Below are positions 18,252 to 26,004 of a stretch of 59,584 bases of DNA, piece by piece. Each line of letters opens with the position of its first letter. Within the stretch, counting starts at the first letter, position 1. Position numbers and translations under genes: made by a program. The notes under the pieces are model-generated. The model made no database searches. It saw only the letters and a program-made list of their open reading frames with translations, and was not told the origin of the DNA. Source of the stretch: a virus (lineage: Duplodnaviria > Caudoviricetes); IMG/VR virus record IMGVR_UViG_3300027754_000102, positions 1-59,584 of that record; one strand, written 5' to 3'.

Positions 18252-19385
18252 ATGCTCGGCGGCCACCCACTAGCCAGCGCGCCACTAGCCGACCTAGGCA
18301 TTGTCCAGGCATCGGCCAGCGGCGCATTGGCCACGGCGACTGTCAGCGCACAGGCAGGCAGCGCAACCGGCACGGCATCCGCCAGCGGCACACTGGGCAC
18401 CGTGTCTGTCTCTGGCCTGACCGGATCGGCAACCGGCACGGCTAGCGGTTCTGCAAATCTGCCGACTGTATCGGTGACTGCCGCAGCAGGTGCAGCCACT
18501 GGCAGCGCGTCTAGGTCTGGCACACTTGGCACCGTCACTGTCACCAGCCAGGCAGGCACAGCAACCGGCACGGCTAGCGGTTCAGGCCTAATCGGCACCG
18601 TGTCTGTTTCTGGCCTCACTGGCACCGTCACAGCATCTGCCAGTAGATCTGGCACCTTGCCGACTGTCGTACTGTCAGCGGCATCAGCTACAGCTAGCGG
18701 CAACGCCAGCACCAGCGCAACGATTGGCACCGTCACAGTCTCAGCGGCCAGCGGTTCCGCTACGGTTTCGGTGACCGGGTTGGGCACTCTGCCAACCATC
18801 AGCATTACTAGCCAGGCTGGAACGGCAACGGGCAGCGCCAGTAGTTCGGGCGTAGTTGGCACCGCATTGCTGACAGCGGCGGCCGGTTCTGCGACTGGAT
18901 CGGCTAGCCGCTCCGGGACTCTGCCAACCGTTACCCTGGCAGCGCCAAGTGCGACCGCCAGCGGGTCAGCATTGGCCAGCGGACTGGCCGGGATCATCAC
19001 CGCCGCAGCATCTAGTGGCACCGCAGCAGGTGGCGCCACCGCACAAGGTTCCGCCTCGTCGGTCTCTGTGGTGGCCCTGACCGGCACAGTGTCCGCCTCG
19101 GCTACCTGCTCCGGCACCCTGCCCACCGTTTTGCTCGTGTCGTGGTCCGGCACCGGCTCCGGTTCCGCCTCAATCGCCTCTGGCCTGCCCGAGCTACAGG
19201 TGGCGACCTGGGTCGGCAGCGCCATCGCCATCAACCCGCCGGGCAAGGCAATCGCTTGGACCTCCCGCATCACGCACGCCGGCCCCACCGGCAAGGCCCT
19301 CGCCTGGGACGGGCCCCTGACTAGGGCGACAGCCCGCATAGTCAGGACTCGGGCGGCCGCTAAATACCTTGAGCCAGTCGCCTAG
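18252..19385 (+). CDS. Ala/Ser/Thr/Gly-rich 22-aa repeat protein (fibre/whisker-like)
   Basis: About 15 imperfect repeats such as 'SASGTLGTVSVSGLTGSATGTA'. Confidence 0.7.
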   Translation: MLGGHPLASAPLADLGIVQASASGALATATVSAQAGSATGTASASGTLGTVSVSGLTGSATGTASGSANLPTVSVTAAAGAATGSASRSGTLGTVTVTSQAGTATGTASGSGLIGTVSVSGLTGTVTASASRSGTLPTVVLSAASATASGNASTSATIGTVTVSAASGSATVSVTGLGTLPTISITSQAGTATGSASSSGVVGTALLTAAAGSATGSASRSGTLPTVTLAAPSATASGSALASGLAGIITAAASSGTAAGGATAQGSASSVSVVALTGTVSASATCSGTLPTVLLVSWSGTGSGSASIASGLPELQVATWVGSAIAINPPGKAIAWTSRITHAGPTGKALAWDGPLTRATARIVRTRAAAKYLEPVA

Positions 19386-19396
19386 GAGGCAGCGCC

Positions 19397-19678
19397 ATGA
19401 AATACGACCTCGGCGACGGCGTCAGGATCTCGGTGGTTTTCACGAACGCCATCACCGGCGAGCACACCAACCCAACTACGCTAGCCCTGACCCTGCAGCT
19501 ACCCGACGGGACCACTAACACCACCATCCCGGTCACGCAGACAGCGACCGGCAAATACTACGCCGACTACACCACCACCGTTCCGGGCGTCCATGTCTAC
19601 CGATGGGCGGGCACTGGCGCCTGCCAGGCTGCGGTTGAAGGCGTATTTACCGTGTCGAGGAGCCTCATCAATGCCTGA
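19397..19678 (+). CDS. Small beta-rich (Ig-like) putative virion protein
   Basis: AGGAGG RBS; 'TGKYYADY...PGVHVYRW.GTG'. Confidence 0.55.
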   Translation: MKYDLGDGVRISVVFTNAITGEHTNPTTLALTLQLPDGTTNTTIPVTQTATGKYYADYTTTVPGVHVYRWAGTGACQAAVEGVFTVSRSLINA

Positions 19679-20021
19679 CTGGCTGCGTGAGCTCTGGTTC
19701 GGCTTGACCACCGGCATCTGGCACGCCTGGGGACAGACCCGCCGGTCTTCCGCTTGGGGCCCGCTTCGGGACCGGTTCGTTGCCGAGAACCCGTTTTGCG
19801 CCGGGTGCAGCAAGCAGGCCATGCTAGAGGTTCACCACATCACGCCGTTTCACGTGCGACCCGACCTTGAATGCGACGAGTTTAACCTGGTCGTGCTCTG
19901 CCGCGACTGTCACTACACCTTTGGCCACCTGCGGGACTGGCGCCTGAGCAACACCCACGTGATTGAGGACGCCGCGGCCTACCGCCGACGGTACACTGAA
20001 GCCCGGGCCGACAAGCCTTAG
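19671..20021 (+). CDS. HNH endonuclease (small, Zn-binding)
   Basis: 'CAGC', 'LEVHHITP', 'NLVVLCRDCH'. Confidence 0.88.
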   Translation: MPDWLRELWFGLTTGIWHAWGQTRRSSAWGPLRDRFVAENPFCAGCSKQAMLEVHHITPFHVRPDLECDEFNLVVLCRDCHYTFGHLRDWRLSNTHVIEDAAAYRRRYTEARADKP

Positions 20022-21205
20022 CCAAAACGCTCAACGACCTCGTTAACCACCCGCCGGTGGATCTGCGCATACCGCCCTGTGATCGACCCGGAGCCCGTGC
20101 CCAGCGTGGATCCCCCGCCGTGGCCCAGGATCGCCCCGACGATACCCTCGTCAATCCCATGCGACCTCAGCCAGGTGGCCGCGCTGTGGCGTATCTGCCG
20201 CGGGTTGTATCGGGGCATGACTGGCAGCGGATTTTTCTTGGTCACCTTGCGGCCCAGCCGGGCCCATTTTTCCGCCAGCACGGCGTCGGCCCGCTTCATC
20301 GCAAACTCAAACGCCCGCCGATAGCCTGACGTGGTTACGGGGCCAAAATAGGGCACGCCGCGGATCTGGTGCTTGCCAGGAAATAACCAGCCTTTGGGGC
20401 GCCGCTTCAGAATCGCAGCCAATGCCTGCCGGGCCAGCGGCCCAACCAGCACCGCCAGCGCCTGCCCCCGCCAAGAGCCTTTATGCTGAACTGGCACGTA
20501 CCGCCAGGGCCGCATGGACTGGTCGATGTCCTCGGCCCTGACCGACAAAGCCGTCTCGACCCGTTGCCCTGTGTACAGGTGCCACAGGAAAACCGCCCGC
20601 CAAGATTTTTTCAGGTACCGCCAAATACGAAACAGGTGCAGCGGCGGGATCGCCTCGATGACCTTGGATTTTTTAGCTTGAGTCGGTCGCAACCGCTCCC
20701 ACTTTTTCAGCGTGGCGAGCTGCCCGGCCTGCACCCAGCCCCGGGCCTCCGCCCAGGTAAACGACCGGACGATGCGGCCCAAGTACTCGTGGATAGTTTT
20801 GCGGGCTTTGCCTTCGAGCACCAGTTGGTCCCTGACGGCGATCAGGTGCTCACGCCCAAACGCAACCAGGTGCAGGTCTTGGAACGGCAGGAACAGTTTC
20901 ACCGCCTGGTGGCAGACGCCGACCTCGCCTGTCGGTTTTCCGTCGGCCCGTCGGTACCGTTCATGGCATTGGTCAAGCCACAGGGCCCAGAGGGCCGAGC
21001 AGACCAGCGGGCGCGACGGCGATTCCAGCCTGCCCGGCTCCGCCTTCTCTCGCAAATAATCAGCCAGCCACTGTCGGTAATTGGCCTCCGCCGCCGGCGT
21101 TCCGGCGTGGCCCATCATCTTCTGCTTACCGGTCCGCGGGTCCTTCACGTAGGCCCAGCCGGTCCGTTTATGCCGCAGCAATTTCGGTATGCGCAGCTTT
21201 GCCAA
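20018..21205 (-). CDS. int: Tyrosine recombinase / integrase
   Basis: 'YTGQR', 'RQIRHSAAT', 'ILGH', 'ITGRYA'; adjacent to tRNA-derived att core. Confidence 0.92.
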   Translation of the reverse strand: MAKLRIPKLLRHKRTGWAYVKDPRTGKQKMMGHAGTPAAEANYRQWLADYLREKAEPGRLESPSRPLVCSALWALWLDQCHERYRRADGKPTGEVGVCHQAVKLFLPFQDLHLVAFGREHLIAVRDQLVLEGKARKTIHEYLGRIVRSFTWAEARGWVQAGQLATLKKWERLRPTQAKKSKVIEAIPPLHLFRIWRYLKKSWRAVFLWHLYTGQRVETALSVRAEDIDQSMRPWRYVPVQHKGSWRGQALAVLVGPLARQALAAILKRRPKGWLFPGKHQIRGVPYFGPVTTSGYRRAFEFAMKRADAVLAEKWARLGRKVTKKNPLPVMPRYNPRQIRHSAATWLRSHGIDEGIVGAILGHGGGSTLGTGSGSITGRYAQIHRRVVNEVVERFG

Positions 21206-21278
21206 AGTTGTAACCCCCGCTAATAGTTGTAAGGAATTGCGGGCTGGTTTTCTGACGTTTTCCCTTGTTTTCCAGCAG

Positions 21279-21323
21279 TCGGGGCAACAGGATTCGAACC
21301 TGCGGCCTCTTGGTCCCGAACCA
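21279..21323 (-). other. attP core: 3' half of tRNA-Pro(CGG)
   Basis: Minus strand TGG-TTCGGGA-CCAAG-AGGCC-GCAGG-TTCGAAT-CCTGT-TGCCCCGA: anticodon loop, T arm and acceptor 3' strand; no 5' half. Confidence 0.88.
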
Positions 21324-21485
21324 CCCTGCCCGATGCGTGAAAACAGCTATAAAACAAGGAAAAAGCATTGAAAACAGGCCCGTCCGACCTGTCCATATTG
21401 TACAGATCGGTTCGAATAATACGCTGTAAAAACAGCTGATTTTCGCAAGCTATTTTTTGAAAGTTGTAAATGGTGTAAATTTTTG

Positions 21486-21514
21486 TTGACAGGGCACGTA
21501 CATACGCTAAAACT
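21486..21514 (+). promoter_or_regulatory. Sigma70-type promoter for excisionase-like gene
   Basis: TTGACA, 16-17 bp spacer, TAAAACT. Confidence 0.55.
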
Positions 21515-21610
21515 GTCCGAAGTGAACGACTTGTCTGGATGTACTGAACAGGTGTACACTAATGTATCGGGGGAGTTAAACCGGTCCGGGCTTCAGGATT
21601 TAGCCCGCAA

Positions 21611-21940
21611 TTGAAGGATTTTGCTTGCTTAGATTGGCGGCAATATCAGGTGTTTTCGACTAGGCAAATAGCGCAAAAATACTCTGTCGGTCGTAGCACC
21701 GTCTGGGAGTGGATCGTTAACGGCGTGCAGTTGGGTGGCTCCCGCCACCGGCTGCCAGCCGTAAAAATCGGCGGTCAATACCGCGTAGAACCATCCGCCC
21801 TGGATCGGTTTGTCGAGTGTCTTAACGAGCCTTCGGAGAACGTGGTTTCCGTGGCGCCTTTACCTTCTTCGGGGCGTCGGCTTGGGCCTGCGCAACGTCG
21901 GGGGCGATCGGCTCTGGAACGTGCGTTATCGAAGAAATAA
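21611..21940 (+). CDS. Excisionase-like HTH protein
   Basis: 'STRQIAQKYSVGRSTVWEWI', 'LPAVKIGGQYRV...LDRF'; across attP from int. Start uncertain. Confidence 0.78.
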   Translation: MKDFACLDWRQYQVFSTRQIAQKYSVGRSTVWEWIVNGVQLGGSRHRLPAVKIGGQYRVEPSALDRFVECLNEPSENVVSVAPLPSSGRRLGPAQRRGRSALERALSKK

Positions 21941-22091
21941 TGCTGGGGTGTTCGGCACGGTAATAAGCGAGCAGCACGCGTTCAACGATCACGGACATGT
22001 CCCGACCTTCGGCCTCGGCGGCAGCCTTCAGCCTCAGATGGGTCAAATCGTCCAGACGCACGACGCAACTGCGCTGCTTGTTTCGTACCAT
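21822..22091 (-). CDS. Ribbon-helix-helix-like regulator (candidate repressor)
   Basis: 'CVVRLDDLTHLRLKAAAEAEGRDMSVIVERVL'; divergent from the early operon. Confidence 0.65.
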   Translation of the reverse strand: MVRNKQRSCVVRLDDLTHLRLKAAAEAEGRDMSVIVERVLLAYYRAEHPSIISSITHVPEPIAPDVAQAQADAPKKVKAPRKPRSPKAR

Positions 22092-22106
22092 TCGTCAAAC
22101 CCCCAA

Positions 22107-22225
22107 TAGTTAACCACGGTTAACTAAACAATACACCCGCTTGGGCTAAAGTGCAAACCAAAAGCGCCCGAATGGTTAACTATGAATAACTTACTGTTGA
22201 CTTGTAGTTAACTACGGGTCATATT
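22107..22225. promoter_or_regulatory. Divergent promoter region with GTTAAC-core operators
   Basis: TAGTTAACCacGGTTAACTA (22107-26), GGTTAACTA (22174-82), and GTAGTTAACTAC (22204-15) inside TTGACT-N17-CATATT. Confidence 0.75.
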
Positions 22226-22246
22226 GTTACCAGCTGAGGTTTGACC

Positions 22247-22381
22247 ATGACCCGATACCTACGACTTCTTTTCGTTGTTGGCTGCGGGTCACTGGTCACA
22301 GGCTGTTCAGCGATGCGGACTGAGGTCTCGGTGACCTACCAGTCCGGGGACTGTTCGATGACCGCAAAGGCATGGAGGTGA
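22247..22381 (+). CDS. 44-aa putative lipoprotein (not in ORF track)
   Basis: GAGGT RBS; MTRYLRLLFVVGCGSLVTGC with lipobox-like VTGC. Confidence 0.5.
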   Translation: MTRYLRLLFVVGCGSLVTGCSAMRTEVSVTYQSGDCSMTAKAWR

Positions 22382-22385
22382 GGCG

Positions 22386-22604
22386 ATGGGGATTTTGGCG
22401 ATCAAGTTGAGCCAGGGCGGATTTTTCGAGATCGAAACGGGCCTCGGTTTAGTCCGGGTTCAGGTGGTGGAGGTGAGCAGCAGCGGAGTGAAGCTGGGCG
22501 TTGACGCACCGACCAGCATGAACGTGAACAGGGACAAGGTGTTGGCCAAACGGGCGCAAATGCGCAGCCAGGTACGTGAGGGCGACACCTATGGCAACAG
22601 CTAA
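22386..22604 (+). CDS. csrA: CsrA/RsmA-family RNA-binding protein
   Basis: 'VRVQVVEV...VKLGVDAP.SMNVNR.KV' follows the CsrA pattern V.LGI.AP..V.V.R.E. Confidence 0.75.
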   Translation: MGILAIKLSQGGFFEIETGLGLVRVQVVEVSSSGVKLGVDAPTSMNVNRDKVLAKRAQMRSQVREGDTYGNS

Positions 22605-22732
22605 TCCTTACGCCGGCGCCCTGGTCGGCACCCTGTGGGCCGAAGCCCCAGACGATGACCGCCAAGGGCAAGCCGAACTTGACCGAGTGGTGGCGGATCT
22701 TCTGAACGAAGGCAAATGGGAAGGGGTGGACG

Positions 22733-22975
22733 ATGACGGCGCTATGTGACGGCAATGGCTCTCGATTGAGGCTGCCCGACAGCCTGCGGGTGGCGCAATG
22801 CCACCAATGCCGGCGGTGGTCAGCAGGGCAGAAAGTGCTGGCAGTGCACAAGGACCTGGTGCGCAAGCTGATCAAACAAGGCTGCATAGGCCGACTTGTC
22901 AGGGTGCCCACGGGACAGCGCCCAATCTGTACCGAGTGCCGCAGGATTTTGGCCAAATTGGAGGTGTTCGCATGA
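22733..22975 (+). CDS. Small Cys-pair (Zn-ribbon-like) protein
   Basis: CHQC...CTEC; coupled to the next gene. Confidence 0.45.
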   Translation: MTALCDGNGSRLRLPDSLRVAQCHQCRRWSAGQKVLAVHKDLVRKLIKQGCIGRLVRVPTGQRPICTECRRILAKLEVFA

Positions 22976-23343
22976 GCAGCATGCTTGAGCTGTACGACGA
23001 GTACATGACCGAGTTTGAGCGGGCGACCGTGGCCGCCGTGCAGGAGTGGATAGGTCGGGGCTGCCCGAATACATGGCTGTCAGGTGTATCCAGCTACACC
23101 CGGTTTGAGGTGCTCAACGATGAGCAGCTTGGCTGCAGGCTCGAATTCGACCACCAACGGTGGAATGCCTATTCGCAGTGCCACAGGTGGCAGGGATTCC
23201 GCCACTGGAAAAACAGCCCTACCCCATTGCACCCCATGCAGGTAATCGCCCGCCTGGTGGACGAGCTGGTAGTGCGTCGAGAAGAAGCGATTGAAAACGA
23301 ACTAGAAGAAGCAAAGGAGGCAAGCCGTGCCAAGCCTATTTGA
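22972..23343 (+). CDS. Hypothetical protein
   Basis: GGAGGTG RBS before ATG 22972; in operon. Confidence 0.6.
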   Translation: MSSMLELYDEYMTEFERATVAAVQEWIGRGCPNTWLSGVSSYTRFEVLNDEQLGCRLEFDHQRWNAYSQCHRWQGFRHWKNSPTPLHPMQVIARLVDELVVRREEAIENELEEAKEASRAKPI

Positions 23344-23845
23344 TTTGAGTAACCGTCTGGCGTCGATTGAGGCCCTGCTGGAGGCCGGGCTGCCGGAGAG
23401 CCCAGAGGCCGAGGCGGATCTAGATCGTGCGCTAGCAGAGGAATTGGCGACCCGGGAGCTCGTGGAAAGTAAGGCCGAGGCCTACTGCGGGCTGATTAGC
23501 GAGATGGAGGCCTTAGCTGCGGTGCGGAAAACCGAGGCCGACCGCGTGGGCAAATTGGCCAAGGCGACGGCGGCCCAAGCCGAGCGCCTGCGGCAGGCCC
23601 TGAAGGAAGCGCTAATCCTCCTGGACGTGCGCAAGCTCTCGACTGACCGCTACCAGGTCAGCCTGCGCAAACCAGGCGGCAAGGCGCCGCTAGAGATCGA
23701 CGAGTTCATGGTTCCGACGGAGTTCGTGACCGTCGAGACCGTTACCAACCCGAACAAGGACCTGATCCGCCAGCGACTAGACGCTGGCGAGGTCCTTGAT
23801 TTTGCCCGCTACCTTCAGCGCCAGGACAGTTTGATTATTCGTTGA
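23327..23845 (+). CDS. Siphovirus Gp157-family protein
   Basis: 'SLFDL', 'KAEAYCGLI', 'KTEADR', 'NKDLIRQRLDAGE'; precedes Sak4-like gene. Confidence 0.82.
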   Translation: MPSLFDLSNRLASIEALLEAGLPESPEAEADLDRALAEELATRELVESKAEAYCGLISEMEALAAVRKTEADRVGKLAKATAAQAERLRQALKEALILLDVRKLSTDRYQVSLRKPGGKAPLEIDEFMVPTEFVTVETVTNPNKDLIRQRLDAGEVLDFARYLQRQDSLIIR

Positions 23846-23882
23846 TTTTTTTCTTCCTACCACACCTAGGAGTTTTGTTCCG

Positions 23883-24842
23883 ATGTTTCAGAAAGCAACA
23901 CGACAGCAAGCCCGCCTCCGGCTGGGCATCACCGGCCCGAGCGGTTCCGGCAAGACCTACAGCGCCCTGCTGTTGGCCCGCGGCATTGGCGGCAAGATTG
24001 CCTGCATTGACACCGAGCAAGGCAGCGCCAGCCTATACGCGCATTTGTGCGACTTTGACACCTTGAACCTGGAACCACCGTACAGGCCCGAGCGGTTCAT
24101 TGAGGCCGTGAGGTCTGCTGAGGCGGCGGGCTACAACGTGCTGGTGATCGACAGCATCACCCACGAGTGGAACGGGTCGGGCGGGTGTTTGGAGCTGGTC
24201 GACGAGGTGGCCCGGGCCAAGTTCCGGGGCAACAACTGGTCAGCCTGGTCAGAGGTCACCCCGCGCCATCGGGCGTTTCTCGATGCCGTGCTGCATTCCA
24301 AAATGCACATCATCGTCACCCTGCGCAGCAAGACGGAAATGGCCCAGGTCGAGGACGGCGGGCGCAAAAAAGTCGTAAAGCTGGGCATGAAGTCTGAGCA
24401 GCGCGACGGGTTTGAGTACGAGCTCACGACGGTTTTGGATTTGAGCCACGACGGGCATTTTGCCACGGCCAGCAAAGACCGATCGGGCCTGTTTTCGGAC
24501 AAGGACCCCGAGCGGATCACCACCGAGACCGGCAAGCGCCTGCTCGCCTGGTTGAACAGCGGGGCGACCCCGACACCTGAAACCACCCCGGCACCTGTTC
24601 CCGTTCAGGTGATTGAGGCGGGGCCGGTCACAGTCAGCGACGCCAGCCTCAAATTGATGACCGGGTTAATCGTGCGCGCCAAAAACCTTGGCGTGATCGA
24701 CAACGGTGAGGCCTACCGCCAGCAGCTGCGCAGCACCTATCTGGTGCAGTCGGCAAGAGACTTGACCCAAGAGCAGGCCGACGAGGTGATCGCAGGCCTG
24801 AACGAATCTATCGCCGAACGCGAGGCCTTGGCAACGGCGTGA
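23883..24842 (+). CDS. Sak4-like AAA ATPase recombinase
   Basis: 'FQKATRQQARLRLGITGPSGSGKTYSAL', 'IDTE', 'VIDSITHEW', 'QRDGFEYE'. Confidence 0.9.
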   Translation: MFQKATRQQARLRLGITGPSGSGKTYSALLLARGIGGKIACIDTEQGSASLYAHLCDFDTLNLEPPYRPERFIEAVRSAEAAGYNVLVIDSITHEWNGSGGCLELVDEVARAKFRGNNWSAWSEVTPRHRAFLDAVLHSKMHIIVTLRSKTEMAQVEDGGRKKVVKLGMKSEQRDGFEYELTTVLDLSHDGHFATASKDRSGLFSDKDPERITTETGKRLLAWLNSGATPTPETTPAPVPVQVIEAGPVTVSDASLKLMTGLIVRAKNLGVIDNGEAYRQQLRSTYLVQSARDLTQEQADEVIAGLNESIAEREALATA

Positions 24843-24931
24843 CGATACCGGCCGCGGTGGCGCATGTCCGGGTTCGACTCCCGGACGGCTGGATGCCCGA
24901 GGTGGGCAGTTTGCTTTTTGAGGAGATGGCC

Positions 24932-25369
24932 ATGGATTTCGACTGGACACAGGACAACAACAAGCCGCAGCAACAGCAGCCCGAGCGCAAGGGCTTTGAG
25001 CCTTTGCCACCTGGTGAATATGCGGTCGTAATCAGCGACCAAAAGACCAAGCCAAACAAGGCCGGCACCGGGGAATATTTGGAGCTGACGCTGGTCATCG
25101 AGGACGGCGGTTTTCGTGGTCGCCGCATCTGGGACCGCCACAACCTGCGCCACGAAAAACCGAGCGTGGTCCAGATCGCCAGGGAGACTGTCGAGCGCGT
25201 CAAGGAGGCGACCGGCATCCAGGCCCGAAGCGCCGACGACCTGGTGGGCGGGCGCATGCGGGTGACCACGTTCAACGACGACTACGGGACCAAGGTCAGA
25301 AGTTACGCCCCGTTGAAGGCTAAGGCGGCGCCGAAGCCATCAAACCCTGATGACGACTTGCCATTCTGA
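24932..25369 (+). CDS. DUF669-like single-stranded DNA-binding protein
   Basis: 'FEPLPPGEY', 'GEYLELTLVI..G.FRGRRIWDR', acidic tail 'DDDLPF'. Confidence 0.85.
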   Translation: MDFDWTQDNNKPQQQQPERKGFEPLPPGEYAVVISDQKTKPNKAGTGEYLELTLVIEDGGFRGRRIWDRHNLRHEKPSVVQIARETVERVKEATGIQARSADDLVGGRMRVTTFNDDYGTKVRSYAPLKAKAAPKPSNPDDDLPF

Positions 25370-25379
25370 GGAGTAAACC

Positions 25380-25730
25380 ATGCGACAAGCAGACCTATTT
25401 GGTGGCGGCGTGGACGCCTACGGGCACGTCACACCAGCAACAGGCAGTCAGCGGCGGGACGAGGCGGTCACACGGGTGGCCGCCCATGCGCCCGAGGGCT
25501 GGATTGAAGACGCGATCAACGCCATACGGCACGTCAGCTTGAACCGGCAGACGCTGACCAGCGATGACGTCTGGCCCTTAGTGGTGACGCCGCCGGAGCC
25601 CCGGGCGATGGGTGCGGCGTTTAGCGAGGCAGCCAGGAGGAAGATCATCCGCAAGACGGATCGGGTGGTGAACAGCACGAGGCCGGAGTGCCACAGCAGG
25701 CCGGTTGCAATCTGGGAGGTGATGGCATGA
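25380..25730 (+). CDS. Hypothetical phage protein
   Basis: GAGGAG RBS; 'TSDDVW', 'EPRAMGAAF', 'CHSRPVAIW'. Confidence 0.65.
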   Translation: MRQADLFGGGVDAYGHVTPATGSQRRDEAVTRVAAHAPEGWIEDAINAIRHVSLNRQTLTSDDVWPLVVTPPEPRAMGAAFSEAARRKIIRKTDRVVNSTRPECHSRPVAIWEVMA

Positions 25731-25975
25731 GCGAACAAGCAGAGCGGGTGGAAATGAGCGAGGTCGGGCAGATGCTGCTGCGGGGCCACGCCCCGGCTGA
25801 GTGGTCTGGTAGCGACCGCAACCAGCAGATCGTGCAGGCGATCCGGGAGGTGTTCGACCAGGGCCGGCCTGTGTGTTTGACCTCGGTGGCGGAGCACCTG
25901 CGGAAGAAGAGTTTGCTGGAGGCGGTGGGGAGTTATCCGTATTTGACGGAGTTGTGGGAACTGGCGGTTGAGTGA
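25727..25975 (+). CDS. Stand-alone DnaB N-terminal-domain-like protein
   Basis: 'QQIVQAIREVFDQGRPVCLTSVAEHLRKKSLLEAVGSYPYLTEL' resembles the DnaB_N pattern IF.AI..L...G.PID.VTV...L...G.L..VGG..YL..L. Confidence 0.62.
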   Translation: MSEQAERVEMSEVGQMLLRGHAPAEWSGSDRNQQIVQAIREVFDQGRPVCLTSVAEHLRKKSLLEAVGSYPYLTELWELAVE

Positions 25976-26004
25976 ACTGAAACAACAAGCAGGGAGGTGA
26001 TGGT

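Noticed and set aside
18245-19339. 364-aa minus-strand ORF
   Set aside because: Antisense shadow of the repeat-protein gene, expected from its codon bias.
19671-20021. HNH as the packaging cofactor (HK97 gp74-like) of module A terminase
   Set aside because: Not adjacent to either terS and lies beyond the repeat junction; cannot be assigned from sequence.
21279-21323. Functional tRNA-Pro gene
   Set aside because: The 5' acceptor strand and D arm are missing; it fits an att core.
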